DNA of 64,000 nt from Mobula birostris. Lineage: Eukaryota. The position numbers and the translations under genes are program-made. The notes beneath the pieces are model-generated. The model saw nothing but the letters and a program-made list of their open reading frames with translations, did not search any database and had not been told where the DNA came from. Location: positions 21,801,309 to 21,865,308 of the forward strand of contig NC_092379.1 in the NCBI RefSeq assembly GCF_030028105.1, in the 5' to 3' direction. Positions 27,460 through 39,949 of the stretch are shown here, piece after piece; position 1 is the first letter of the stretch, and each line of letters begins with the position of its first letter.

Positions 27460-29760
27460 TCACAGAGTCACAGAAAAGTACAGCACAGAAACAGGCCCTT
27501 TGGCCCATCTGGTCTGTGCTGAGCCATTTGAGCTGCCAAGTCCCATTGACTTGCACCCAGACCATTGCCCTTCATACCCCTCCCATCCATGTAACCATCC
27601 AAACTTGTCTTAAACATTGAAATCGAGCTTGCAAGCACCACTTGCTCTGGCAGTTCATTCCACACTCTCACAAAACTCTGAGTGAAAAAGTTTCCCCTCA
27701 GGTTTCCCTTAAACATTTCACCTTTCACCCTTAACCCATGATCTCTAGTTGTAGTTCCAGCCAACCTCAGTGGAAAAAGCCTGCTTGCATTTACCCTATC
27801 TATACCCCTGATAATTTTCTATACTGCCATCAAATCTCCCCTCAACCTTCTACGTTGCAAGGAATAAAGTCCTAACCTGTGTAATCTTTCCTTATAACTC
27901 AGTTTCTCAGTCCTGGCTGCATCCTCTTAAACCTTCCCTGTACTCTTTCAAGCTTATTTACACCTTTCCTGCAGATGTGACCAAAGCTGAACAGGTAAAG
28001 ATTTTTCCTCCTCATGTATATGAAGGATGTAGGTAATAAAGTCAATTCAATTCAATTCAATTCAAATTAGGCCTCAAGAATGTCTTATACAACTTTAACA
28101 TAACACCCCATCTCCTGTACTCAGTACTTTGATTTATGAAGGCCAGTATGCCAAAAGATTTCATTATGATCCTATCTACCTGTGCCTCCATTTTCAATTA
28201 ATTATGAACCTGTGTTCCCACATCTCTTTGTTCTACTGCACTCCTCAGTGTCCCATCGTTCACTGTGTAAGACCTACCTCAGCTGGTCCTACCTAAGTGC
28301 AACACCTTGCACTTGTCTGCATTAAATTCCATCAACTATTTTTCAGACTATTTTACCAACTGGTCCAGATCCCACTACAAGCTCTGATAGTCTTTCTTGC
28401 TGTCCACAACACTTGCTGTCCAGCATCACTCTTCCTTCAGTTCGTCCTGACGAAGGGTCTCGGCCTGAAACGTCGACTGCACCCCTTCCTAGAGATGCTG
28501 CCTGGCCTGCTGCATTCACCAGCAACTTTGATCTGTGTTGCTTAAATTTACAGCATCTGTAGAATTCCTGTTGTTTACATTCGTTCATTCTTTTAGCCGT
28601 TCTTATTTCTTTCTTAGGTGTTTTCTTCATATTTCTTACACTCCATAAGTACCTCATTTGTCCCTACCTGCCTATACCTGCTGTGCACTTCCTTGTACTT
28701 CTTAACCAGGACCTCAATATCAAATGTCATCCTTGCCTTTTCTTCTGACAGGCACATACAAGCAACGTGCTCTCAAAATTTCACTTTTGAAGGCTTCTCA
28801 CTTACCAAGTACACCTTTGCCAGAAAACAGCCTGTCCCAATTCACGCTTACCAGATCCTTTCTGATATCATCAGAACTGGCCTTTCTCCAATTTAGATTC
28901 TGAACCTGGGAACGAGATCTATTTTTTTCCAAATTTATTTTGAAACTAATGGCATTATGATCAGTTGATGCAAAGTGTTTCCGTACACAATCTTCTGTCA
29001 CCTGCCCTGTCTCATTCCTGAATAAGATATCAAGAATTGCACACACTCTGTTGGGATTTCTATCTACTGATTAAGGAAACTTTCTTGAATACATTTGACA
29101 GACTCCATCCCTTTTGTAGTCTGGGTGTCCAAGTCAATTTGTGGAAAGTTGAAATCACCTCCTATCGCAACCTTGTGTTTCTTGCAATAGCCTGTGATGT
29201 CCCGACAATTTGTGCCTCTAGGTCCTGCAGGGCGATCTATAATATAGCCCCATTAACATAGCCATACTTTTCTTAGTCCCCATTTCCACCTGTAAAGTCT
29301 CAGAAGAGGAGTTCTCCAGTCTCTCCTGACTGAACACTGCCGTCACATTTGCACTTTAATCCCTCCCATTCTGTGCATCTAAAAAATGGAACCCCAGAAT
29401 ATTGAGCTACCAGTCCTGCCTCTCCTGCAACCAAGTCTCACTAATGGTCACCATATCATAATTCCATGTATTGATCTCTGCCCTGAGTTCATCTGCCTTT
29501 CCTACAGTAATACTTGCTTTGAGATATACGCAGCTCAGAACATTACTCACACCATGCTCAACATCTTGATTCCTGACTTTGTCTAATGTCTAAACAACAT
29601 CTGTCTCCACAACGTCTCCACAATCTGTTCTGACACTCTGGTTCTCACCCCCTGCAACTCTAGTTTAACCGGCATCCCCCGCCACCCCCACCATGCAGCA
29701 CAAGCAAACCTTCCCACTGGGATATTAGTCCCCCTTCAGTCCAGATGCAAACCATCTGCC
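27460..29760 (-). mobile_element. CR1 fragments with an inserted Penelope-type terminal repeat (about 28390-28575)
   Basis: CR1 3' tail and RT end, endonuclease remnant 28798-29046; insert carries a hammerhead core. Confidence 0.78.
28444..28477 (+). ncRNA. Minimal type I hammerhead ribozyme (Penelope-type), intact core
   Basis: gtc-CTGACGA-agggtctcggcct-GAAAC-GTC-gac: stem I gtc/gac, stem II agg/cct, palindromic stem III ACGT, GUC cleavage triplet. Confidence 0.75.
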
Positions 29761-30154
29761 CTGACAGACAGATGTTTAACTGCGCCATTGCAACAGAACT
29801 GTTCCCAACAATGATATGTTTCATTTAGTTAGTGACACACAGGCACCAGATGAGGAGCAGAAATGTTAGTGGGGACAAGGAGCCCTCAAACAGTGATCCA
29901 ATATCTTTGACACCGATATGACGTTTGGTCACTGGTTTCAACTCTCAACTCTTTGTCAGATTGCCGTACATTCTAATCTCTCTGACCATCAGTTGACAGC
30001 TGATCAGTGGGATACCCGATGCAGGAAGGGTTCAGACACCAGAGAAACAAAGATTACTGTTTCTCCCTGACTGTGTGTCACATGCCACGCCTCATGTTGA
30101 AAGTTCCTTTTTTCTCATCACCAAAAATCACAATGAATACATTTTCATGTCATA

Positions 30155-30160
30155 TTTATT
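30155..30160 (-). terminator. Poly(A) signal of the long secretory form
   Basis: AATAAA about 300 nt after the tailpiece stop codon. Confidence 0.65.
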
Positions 30161-30454
30161 GAACTTGGATCGGTACATTGACACGTACAAGGATTTAATA
30201 CATTGTGCAGTCCCACACAGGGTTGAAATCCATTCAAATGTGGCAGAAGAAGGTCTAAGAATGTACACACAAACTCAGAGATTTGTGGTGAATCATGTTT
30301 GTAGTTTAATTTGGTTCTTGATCTTAGTTTCATTCTTAATTATGTTAAAAGGTCCAGATTTTAATCATGTTTTAATCAGCTAAATAATCCTCTGTGATAA
30401 TTAATAGTCATAAAACTAACAAAACTAGGGTTTCATGGATTGAATCACACAGTA

Positions 30455-30840
30455 TTACACACAAGATTTAAAACTATCAGTCAGAACGAGTGAGACATTG
30501 ACCAGGGTGAGTTTGCTGTGAGATTTATTGATGCTTCGGAACAGGTTGGTTGGGAGCGACTCATGACCCACCACACAGGAGAAAGTGGTGCCGCTATTCC
30601 ACTCCTCAGGAGAAACCTTCAGCTGACTGGTCATTGTGTTCCAGCCTTTTCTGGGGTCCTTGGTCACTGGCTGGTTCACAAACCCCGTCTTCAGAAGGCT
30701 GTCATTGGCCTTCCAGACCACATAGATCTCTGTGGGAGAGAACTTGGTGATCAGACACATCAAGGTCACAGTCTGATCGGTGTCTACCTCATCTGATGAA
30801 GGGAGGAGGAGGTAGACATGAGGACGAGTCAGAACACCAC
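30455..30840 (-). CDS. IgW: IgW CH6 exon with secretory tailpiece
   Basis: Acceptor ctctgttccag|GT; Ig domain then tail KLTLVNVSLVLTDSFKSCV* with N-x-S site and penultimate Cys. Confidence 0.94.
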
Positions 30841-31442
30841 CTGGAACAGAGAGAATCTCAGTTAGAATGAATCTTCCAATTATTCCCTACTTACCTGACA
30901 CATTCTGGTCTTGCACCAACATGAACAATTTCTAAATCTGAGGGGCTTCACTTGATCTGAAACTGAAGGCTTTTCCCTTTCTGCTCATTGTTGGGATTTG
31001 TGGAGTGGAAATCTTGGACCTGCTGCATTTTACAGCTTCCAGCGAGGTTAGTCTATTCAGTTTAATCAATGGGAGTAACTGAACACAGCAACTCGACAGA
31101 AAGTGGAACTCAGCCCCTGGACTTGCATCATCCTGTGCTGTTTGTTCCATCTCCCCTGGAGCAGGGGTGGCAGTCTAAGCTGTGTACATGGGAGAGGGAG
31201 TGAGAACCTGTGGAACTCTCTCCCACAGAAAGCACTTGAAGAATTATCATCTAACATATTCAAGAATGGGTTGAATATACTTCTTCGGGTGAAAGTGTCA
31301 AAGGATATCTGGAGAAAACAGGAACAGGGATTGAATTTGGATGATCAGCTGAGACCAGATTGAATGGTTGAGCAGTGCTGGATGGTGATTAATCTGTCAA
31401 ATTGCTAAGATCAGACTCACACTGAATTCTGTCCGCACGTAC

Positions 31443-31764
31443 CTGTGTCCTTCCTGATGGATTTCTTCACTGGTGTTGGCAAATTCTTGTCCTCTATCAC
31501 ACACGAGTACTCAGCCCCACTGTTCCACTCTGCAGCAGGGACTGTCAGTCTGCTGGTGATCACGTCTTCACCTCCATTGCTGTCTGGACCCAGAGTCCTC
31601 ACCTCATCTTCCCTCTTCCTTCCGTCCACTTGCCAGGTTACAATGAATCCCTGTAAATCACTGTGAACCACCTCACACAGAATGGTCGCTGTCCTCTTAC
31701 GTCCAGATCTCTTCGAAGGGAGGTTTGCTTAAAGTTACTGAGAGGGGGGTATCTGAGCAGTCAA
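31443..31764 (-). pseudogene. IgW: IgW CH5 exon with +1 frameshift
   Basis: 322 nt between good splice sites (3n+1); TGG ACG TAA stop at 31697-31699; removing one base restores WTKRTATILCEVVHSDLQG...YSCVIED. Confidence 0.88.
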
Positions 31765-33102
31765 CTGGGAGAAACGTCACAATTATTATTTCAAAATTCC
31801 CAAATGGATGAGTTTGTCTCTGACGACCAACATTTCCTGTTCATTCCCGGTCAATGATTTGCCAGTCCCATCAAGATGAGATGAGACCAATCTACATTGG
31901 TGAAGAAAGGAATCTCCCCTTTTGAGCAGATAGGGTAATACCCTGAGCAAATGTAAATGAACAAGATTGGCCCTCAGATTGTCTTTTGCAGTTTCATGGT
32001 CACTTAAACTGTTACCAGAGACTTATTAAAACAAATACAGAAAATCCCCAGTATTTCAGAATGTGTCGGTGGAACAAGAAACAGAGCAAAATTTCACATG
32101 AAAATCTTCCAGAAAATACACTTCATATTTCAAAATTTCTGAGAAATATTTAGTTTTTGTTACAAATATTAAAATGCACTCTTTTTGTCTATCAGGTGTA
32201 ACTAACATTTGCTGCTGCTTTGTCAGAATGTAGTATGTTCAGGCCGCCCTCCTGAGGCTTCTACACATTGTCCAGGCTGACTATTCTCACACAGGAGCAG
32301 AGGGAGAGCTGCTCTGCTGGAAATTCAGTCACATCTGAGGCACTGATCGGAGGCTGGGATTAGGTTCAAAGGTAGAGGGAGGGAGCATTTTGAAGACGAG
32401 TATCAGCGAGTTGCAGAGAGTCTGTCGAGTGAAATGGTCTGGATTCTCCTCCAGTTATGAAAGTATTTTCTGGGATACTCTTATTTCTATGGTGAAAGTG
32501 TGGATTATGTTGGTTGAGAGTGGAAAACAAACCGTTGATTGGCCGATTTAAGTGCCAAGAGAGATCAAAAAGATGAAGGCATTGAGGCTGAGTCAATGGA
32601 CAAACCGGTATTCAGCTCACTTCTCGATGAGGCTTCACTCGCCTCAGCACTGAACTGACTCTGCAGCTGCGGCCTGCAGCCATCGGCACTCACCTCAGCA
32701 CTGAGCCTGGCTCCACAGCCGTGGCCTGCAGCCATCGGACTCCTGGACCGGTTGCAGTGCTGAACTGGCAACATGGCTGTGGATTTACTTTGGGGGGCTC
32801 TGCGGTTCAGTTTCTGTGGATTGTTTGTTTGAATTTTTTTATTGTTTGCACAATCTTTTTTCACACATTGGATGTTTGACTCTGAATTCTATTGTATTTC
32901 TTTGTTTTGTGACTGCCTGCAAGAAGAGAATCTCAAGGTTGTATATGGTGCACATACTTTGATAATAAATGTACTTTGTACTTTGAACTTTATCAGTTCA
33001 CTCACATAACTAAACCAAGACTGCACCATTATTCGGTGTTTACCTTGAATTCATAGCACAATGTAAACAATTTCAATAATGGGATGCATCCCAGGACCCT
33101 AC

Positions 33103-33420
33103 CTTGGAAGTTCTTCACTTGTTTCTTGATACTGCTGTTGGAGGGGGGATGAATGACTGTACAGCTGAAGACTGATTCTGTCTTCCACTCCTGTAAACTC
33201 ACGGTCAGGAAGTGTCTGGCACTGAAAGTCCACCCCTGCTCCAGAGCGGTCGGTGTAGCACTGGTGTTGGAGTTGATCACGGTGCTGCCTTTCTCCCAGG
33301 TGACAGTTATTTGGTCCGGGTAGAATCCAGACACCACACACTCCAGTGTGGCTGTTTTCCAATTCTTGGTCTCTTCCTGAGGTGGAGGCAGCAGTCTCAC
33401 CTTGGGACTTCTTATCTCGA
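33103..33420 (-). CDS. IgW: IgW CH4 exon
   Basis: 318 nt phase 1-1; VEIRSPKVRLLPPP...LECVVSGFYPDQITVTW...FSCTVIHPPS. Confidence 0.93.
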
Positions 33421-33508
33421 CTGGAATAGAAAAGAAAACAAAGGAAATGTCAAACATTTTGACTCAGGTAACTAATGCTGGCCATTTAATCACTGGTCTC
33501 TTGCCCAC

Positions 33509-33811
33509 CTTTGGTACTATTGGTCCGTGCTGACACTCGGGAAGATGAAGGAGATTCCTGAGCAGAGCACTCGTACTCCACCCCACTGAACCACTCCTCC
33601 ACACTGATCTGGAGTTCGCTGAGCACTCTGTATCGGGACCCGTCCATCTCCGCTTGATGGGTGTGAATTCCTTTAGTTTTCTCCTTCCCGCCCACGTGCC
33701 AAGAGATGTGGATATCTTCGGGATCTGTACAGATAACTGTGCACTTCACGGTAGCAGACTTGTCGATCCACATCTCTTCAATGTCGGGATTTTGAATAGA
33801 GACAGACAATT
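33509..33811 (-). CDS. IgW: IgW CH3 exon
   Basis: 303 nt phase 1-1; ELSVSIQNPDIEEMW...KC...W...YECSAQ; canonical splice sites. Confidence 0.93.
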
Positions 33812-34379
33812 CTGTGGATTAGAAATTGAAATGCTCAGAATCTTACTGGAGATATTTCCATTGGTTGTGTTAGGTCCAGGCAGATCATCAGTACTTGACA
33901 GCTGCATTTAATGCAAACAGAATAACAGGAACACCCAGGGCTGAGTCACGTGCCTCATATTCCTATAAGTTTGATTGAGAAAAGAAATTCAGAACAAAGG
34001 ATGTGCTAACGAGGTTTAGAATCCCTTTCTAATAACTGTACCAATCGGTTCACTGTGAGACGGAGCTCTGTGAGACAGAGAAGCATGCAGATTTCTCAGC
34101 AGAGACACAGCTCAGTATATTCTTTGCTTGGAGACTCAGTGCCATTGATTAGTAACAGTGAACACTGTGAATCAATGAGAATCCCTTTCTCCATCTGGGC
34201 TGAGCCTGGGATTCACTCAGTTTAATAACTTCACATCCCGACATTCCAGTCTCACTGTGGCTGTGCCTCTCCTCATCTCTGCAACCTTCACCACCCACAC
34301 AAACTTCAGACAACATTGTATTCTTTCAACTCTGCTCACTCATACACCTGCACTACTTCTGCTGGTGCCTGTGGTTTTA

Positions 34380-34740
34380 GCATTCTTGCTGACAAACACT
34401 GAAGCCTCTGTCTCACTTGAAATGAGCAACATGGTCAGAGTGTATCCATAAGTTAGAGACTGATGAACTGGCAAAGTGGGTTCAAATCCCAACCTGGTGG
34501 ATGGGAGTTTAAATTCAATTCATCAATGCTTTTTGAAATAAAAAGAAGACTATGGAGGTATTTGTAGTGTTATTCTCTGTGGTAATTTCCAGAGAGAAGT
34601 CTCGTCTGGTCTGGCTGGTTTGTGACTCCAGACCTGCAGCAACACGGCTGGAGCTGAATCACCATCAGGAATGAGGCAGCAAGTCCCTCAGTTCCAGAGA
34701 GATCAGTGATTGATGGGAAATGATAAATGAATAAAACAGC
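34380..34740 (+). mobile_element. SacSINE/DeuSINE-like SINE remnant
   Basis: B box gggttcaaatccc, core tggtctggc...gtgactccagacc, A-rich end. Confidence 0.5.
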
Positions 34741-35849
34741 TCTTTGATCAAGTGTTGGGTCACCTGTCCTCTGGGTTAGTGTCAGTTTTGTGTGATTGCG
34801 GTCAAGTGAAGTTGTTGAGGTCATCTCCCACTGCACGATCGTCAGTTCACTTACATTGCAGCTCCCTGCACTTTGTGTTCACCATTTACACACTCGGTCA
34901 CCTTCAGGCACGTGGGGTGTTTCTGCTCTTTGACATTTAGTGTGGAGGCTGATTGTGTTTGTGTCATGGCTGAGACCTTCAATGAGACTGAGAGTCAGTG
35001 TCTTTGTCTGACGAAAGAGCAGACGTAACACACACAGTTCCAGTCTAACTGGGCCGGATCATCCGACAAGGTGTGATGTGTATTTCTTCACCTTTCTCAT
35101 GTCAGTAAGATTATGAGCAATTTTCTTTTAAAACAGAAAGTCCGTGGGTATAGTCCAGATGACCATTGTTGTCGAGTAATACCACAAATATGCAAACCTA
35201 GGTGTATACTGAATGCTCATTGAATTGTGAATCTTAGTTTAATCAGCACTGTGATGTTGTTAAACATGTTTTCTGCAGGTTTCTCAGTTATGTCCCATAT
35301 CAGCACAGTCTTGATGTTCAGCAGTCCCTGGGAAATGCGGTCCCCTCATAAAACCTGACTGAGTCAAGTTCGCTCCCCTTATTACTGAATGCTGGTGTTA
35401 TTCCACAAGAAGCATATAATTCTGTCAATGCTTGGGTAATTCTATCAAAACATCCTCCTTTGTGACATTCCTTAGAGTCACTGAATTTCCCTCTTGGACT
35501 GAATTCACTGTCCGGCACGTGGGTCAATGTAACTTTAGCAATTTGTCTGATCCAGGATTTACACACAAAGCATGTCAGATTGGACAGGAGACTGGTTAGA
35601 CCCCTGAGTCTTCTCTCACCAATTTGTCTTGTTCCCAGAATTATCAAAGGGTCATCCGTCCTTTGACTGAGTCAGCCCCGTTCACCTTCATCACCTCGTG
35701 CCTCACAGCCATTGGGTGAAAAACAGGTTCCAGTTCTTGTTGACTGGAGTTAGACAAGAGGGAATCTGGCCAAGGAAACTGGAATTGGGATCTGAGTCAC
35801 ACTGAAGCAACAATGTACACAAATGAATGAGTGTATGGACAACCAGAAA

Positions 35850-36480
35850 CACAAGAGATTCTACAGATGCTGGAAATCTTGAACAACACACTCAAAATGC
35901 TGGAGGAACTGGGCAAGTCAGGCAGCATCTGTGGATGGAAATAAACAGTCGATATTTTGGGCCGAGAGATTTCACTGGTACTGGAAAGGAAGTGGGCAGA
36001 AGCCAGAATAAGAAGGTGGGTGGAGTAGAGAGGAATACATTCTGTCAGATGAGAGGTGATACCAGGTGAGGGGGAAAGTGTGTGGACGGGAGAGAGGTAT
36101 GAAATAAGAAGCTGGTAGGGGATAAGTGGAAGAGATAAATGGCTGAAACAGAAGGAATCTGACAGGACAGTGGACCATGGAGGAAAGTGCAGGAGGAGGG
36201 GAACCAAATGGAGATGATGGGCAGGTGAGGAGAACTGAAGGGATGAGGGGGTGTCTAGTATGGGGAATAGAATAAAATGGAGAATAAAGGAGTGGGGACT
36301 ATTACTGCAAGTTAGGGAATAAGTATTCATGGGATCGGGTTGGCATATGAAGTGTTGCTACTCCAACCTGAATTTGGCCTCACCATGGCAGTAGAGGAGG
36401 CCATGGACAGACATGTCAGAATGGGAATGGGAAGTCAAATTGAAATAGGTGGCCACGAGGATAATAGAAATGCGATTGGA
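35850..36480 (-). mobile_element. Decayed Penelope-like 3' end and terminal repeat
   Basis: Resembles 5000-5500 (gcagcatct..., purine-rich tract, atgggaatggga), with a degenerate hammerhead. Confidence 0.65.
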
Positions 36481-36613
36481 GAGGTAGTCAGTTTGAATCG
36501 TGTTTTCTTCTCTTTCTGTTAAACGTCAATCCCAATGGATACCAGAGGCAGGTCTGGAATCTAGTAAATGGAGTGTAATAAAATTCAATGACGAATTGTA
36601 GACAGCCAATCAC

Positions 36614-36631
36614 TTTATTTCACACTTTATT
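36614..36631 (-). terminator. Tandem polyadenylation signals in the CH2-CH3 intron
   Basis: AATAAA on minus strand at 36626-36631 and 36614-36619. Confidence 0.55.
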
Positions 36632-36972
36632 GCTGAACAATGATACTGTTGGGTAGAACCATCGGAGAATGTTGCATTGAGATTACTCTGTTGAAACAAC
36701 ATTGCCACTGGCTTCGAAAAACAGTCGGGACCTGGAAACGGAAGATTCATAGATTTAATTGTTAGATATTTTCACCTCTTTTCCCATGCTTGGGAAAAAG
36801 GGAGCCCCACATATTCCCACTTTCTATCCTCTGTATATCACATCCTATCGGGATGAGGTTATGTCAGCCATGATAAATGCATGTTGTCTCTGAACCTGGT
36901 CGAGGATCTGAGGACACAAGGTCGCAACATTCACTGGAGGATTGGGCATCAATTCAAAAATAATCCAGGCAC

Positions 36973-37031
36973 CTACAGTGGACAATCGACAGAAGAGTCT
37001 CTCAGGAAACACTGGAAACAGACTCTGGAGA
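36973..37031 (-). CDS. Candidate short-form secretory exon (VSRVCFQCFLRDSSVDCPL*)
   Basis: Strong acceptor tttgcatttgcttcag 363 nt after CH2; phase-1 reading gives a 19-aa three-Cys tail; two AATAAA about 340 nt downstream. Confidence 0.5.
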
Positions 37032-37394
37032 CTGAAGCAAATGCAAAATTGCAGAGATATTTTTAGAAGAACTAAAACGAGAAGACAGTGAAAAGGGAAC
37101 AGGGAGATCTTCTCCAGATGGTAAAGCCTGGGACGTGAGCTTTGCTCACTAACTTATTTTATTTATAACTACAAACAAAGACAACTAAAATTATTGAGAC
37201 AGAATGGACAGGTGACCTAATCTTACACCTTTCCTGCCCAGTTAAAGCTGCTGGTGAAATGAGTTGATTCAAGGTGCAAAGATCATCTGTACGTCACTCA
37301 ACAAGATTGACGGTAGGGACAGGAATTGTGTGGGAGTATTAGTTTAGTATTTTAGTACTCTAAGTTAATTAATTTTTCTTCCGATATCACTCAC

Positions 37395-37694
37395 CCTCTT
37401 GATACGTCATGTTGACCTGACCACTGAAACCGGAGGGTGCGTGATTCACTTCACAAGTATATTTCTGTTTCTTGGTCCAGTCCTGCATAGGCACTGTCAG
37501 GTAAGAGATTGTTTCAAATGTACCATCAGATCTCTGAGTGGAACGGAGAACAATCCCTTCTTGGGCAGATCCAGCTTTTTTCCAGAATACTTCAATGTTG
37601 TCAGGAGAGAATCCAGATATCACACAGCCCAGGACAGCATTTGCTTGACTGTGGATTGCCTCCCGGGATGGAACAAGGGAGCTGAGCTTTGGAG
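37395..37694 (-). CDS. IgW: IgW CH2 exon
   Basis: 300 nt phase 1-1 exon; C1-set Ig domain (LGCVISGFSPDNIEVFW...YTCEVNH), donor G|GTGAGT. Confidence 0.93.
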
Positions 37695-38644
37695 CTGTAA
37701 CACAATAAATATCTGTCAGTACATGATTGCTTTGCCCAAGTTTTGGACTTCATTCCCCCTCATCCTGGACAAGTTCCCCAATTCCAGTCCTCTCAAGAAT
37801 GTTGTTAATTTACAGCTGATCTGATGATCTGATGGCTCACACCAGCAAATGGGAGGGCTGGGTGTATAACTTGGACCTCCCAGCAGTGTGTCCCACTGTG
37901 CTATGATAATGCAGAGAGGTGGGTCATGGGGTTGAGGTGCAGACCTGCCATGATCTAATTGTTTACTGGAGAATGACTGATACCAGCTCCTGTGAGCATG
38001 TGTACATGGTGTGGGACTGTTTCCATTAGCAAGTTTGGGAAACACAATTTTACTTTCAATGAGAAAGAAGAACAGATGGACAGGAGGAAATTAATTTGTT
38101 GTAACTGTAAAGGCTTGTTCAGATCTGTGAGAAGATGGTTAAAGAAGGGCAGTGGAGTGGATTCCTTCATCACATTCACAAGGGATTGCTTTTCCCAGAA
38201 GAGGGGCAGCTGCAGGGTGGAGGGGAAAGTGCAGGAGGAGTGGGGTAAAGCTTAAATTGTCGTTCTGTGTGCAGGGGTACGATGGGCCAGCGGTCTCTGT
38301 ATGTGTACAGGAGCTGATCTGTAGGGAGGGTTTAGTGGGGGAGGGGGGGGGTGGAGAGTCTCCCGAAAGGAATGGATACAATGGAGGCAGATCAGCACAA
38401 GTTGTGTCCTCCACCCTCCACTGATACTGAGTTTCAGTGAGTTCAGGAGGACGTTTCCCCCATTTCAATTCCTTATTTTTTCTCAATGTCAATTTGGTAA
38501 GGGGTAGGGGGTAGTACTACTGTTGTAAGAGTAGATTAAAGGAGCTAGTTGCCATGCCCAGCATTATCTGACAAAGATTCCTACTCCAGATTTATGCTCT
38601 GAGATCAATGCAGCTTTTAAGAGAAAATTACGTCTCATACTAAC

Positions 38645-38938
38645 AGTGATGTTTCGGGAACACCGCTGTCACACTCGCTGCCTTGCAGGAGTAGACTTTA
38701 TTCTTCTTCCAGTCTGCCGCAGAGACTTCGAGCAAGCTGCTCATCGTGTACTTTGAATTTTGCCCCAACACCGCCGGGTATTTCTTGATTCCGCTGGTGA
38801 TGTCCCCACTGTTAGTGGACCATGTCTGACTGATGCTCTCAGGCTGATAGTCCTTGACCAGACAGAGGAGGCTGATCTTTTGGTCAGATTCTGTGTTGCA
38901 GGAAGGAGTGATGTAGACTGATGGCGAGGACGTGAGCT
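38645..38938 (-). CDS. IgW: IgW CH1 exon
   Basis: Acceptor tttcag|AG; [14 protein letters not shown]...[17 protein letters not shown]...YSCKA; N-terminal Cys typical for light-chain bond; 294 nt to a phase-1 GTTAGT donor (3' end less certain). Confidence 0.88.
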
Positions 38939-39949
38939 CTGAAATGGAAAGAAATTCACAGAAATTTCTGTAAATAAATGCATTACTGGCAGACAAAGAA
39001 GGAGACATGTTATTCACTACAATTACTACAGTACTGTGCTGAAGTCTTAGCCACATAGCTGGATTACCCCCCCCCCCCCCCAACACACACAGTAGTAACT
39101 TTATGTATTGCACTGTACCTCTGCCACTAAACAAAAACAAATTTCATGACAGATGTGAGTGAGGATAAACCTGATTCTGATGTGGGTCTCTATTGTGGAC
39201 TGAGAGTGGGAAAGGGGAGTGAGTGGGAAGCACCAGAGAGACATTCTGGAAAGATCAATAAACCAATAGTTTGGAATGAAATGACCTTGCCTGTTGTCTC
39301 AGTGTTGGGAGTGTCTGCACCCGTGCCGAGCCCTGCCCCTGCCACTCCTTCTCTGTCCCCTGTCCCACTCACATCCCGCAGCGCTCCACCCTCACCATTC
39401 CCAACATCCTTTGCTCTCACCAGATTTACAAACTCACTCTCCATTCCACATTGATAAATATGTTATTATGATAAAGTTTTAGGCACACTAGCAATATAGA
39501 TGTGCCCAAGACTTTTGCACAGTACAGTTTACAAACCAGTAATTTCTAAAATTATTCACTCCATTAAATAATACTCTCACCATTTCAACACCCAGCTGGG
39601 AATCTGTGTCACTGAGCTCAGAGGCTATGGATCAGTCTCACAGTGGAAGTTTGAGCACACAGTCACAAGTGTGCCCCAACACCCCACCCACAGCCATACT
39701 GAGACAGTCACCCAATGTCCCATGTGTTGGATTTCAGACAAAATGTCAAAGTTTTACCTTGTCTCTTCCCCAAATATAATTCCTGATTCTTAGAAGTCTA
39801 TTCGCACCAGATTGGTGGAGTTTACAGAAAGAGTAAACATTTAGCAGTAGTTTATTTGAATAATTATGATCTGTTCAGTATTGATGTTGAGTCTAAAGTA
39901 ACCCTTGTGTGCATATCTGTACCTTGTCTCCAACACCATCTGTGTGATA

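Noticed and set aside
32340-32500. Possible secretory exon after CH4 (EIRVSQKILS*)
   Set aside because: Acceptor plausible but no Cys tail and no clear AATAAA; too weak without cDNA.
34850-35330. Cys-containing short frames in the CH2-CH3 intron
   Set aside because: Weak or wrong-phase acceptors and no poly(A) signal; the 37031 exon is the better candidate.
38139-38492. Pro-rich ORF between CH1 and CH2 as a hinge exon
   Set aside because: No convincing phase-1 acceptor/donor pair; low-complexity intron sequence.
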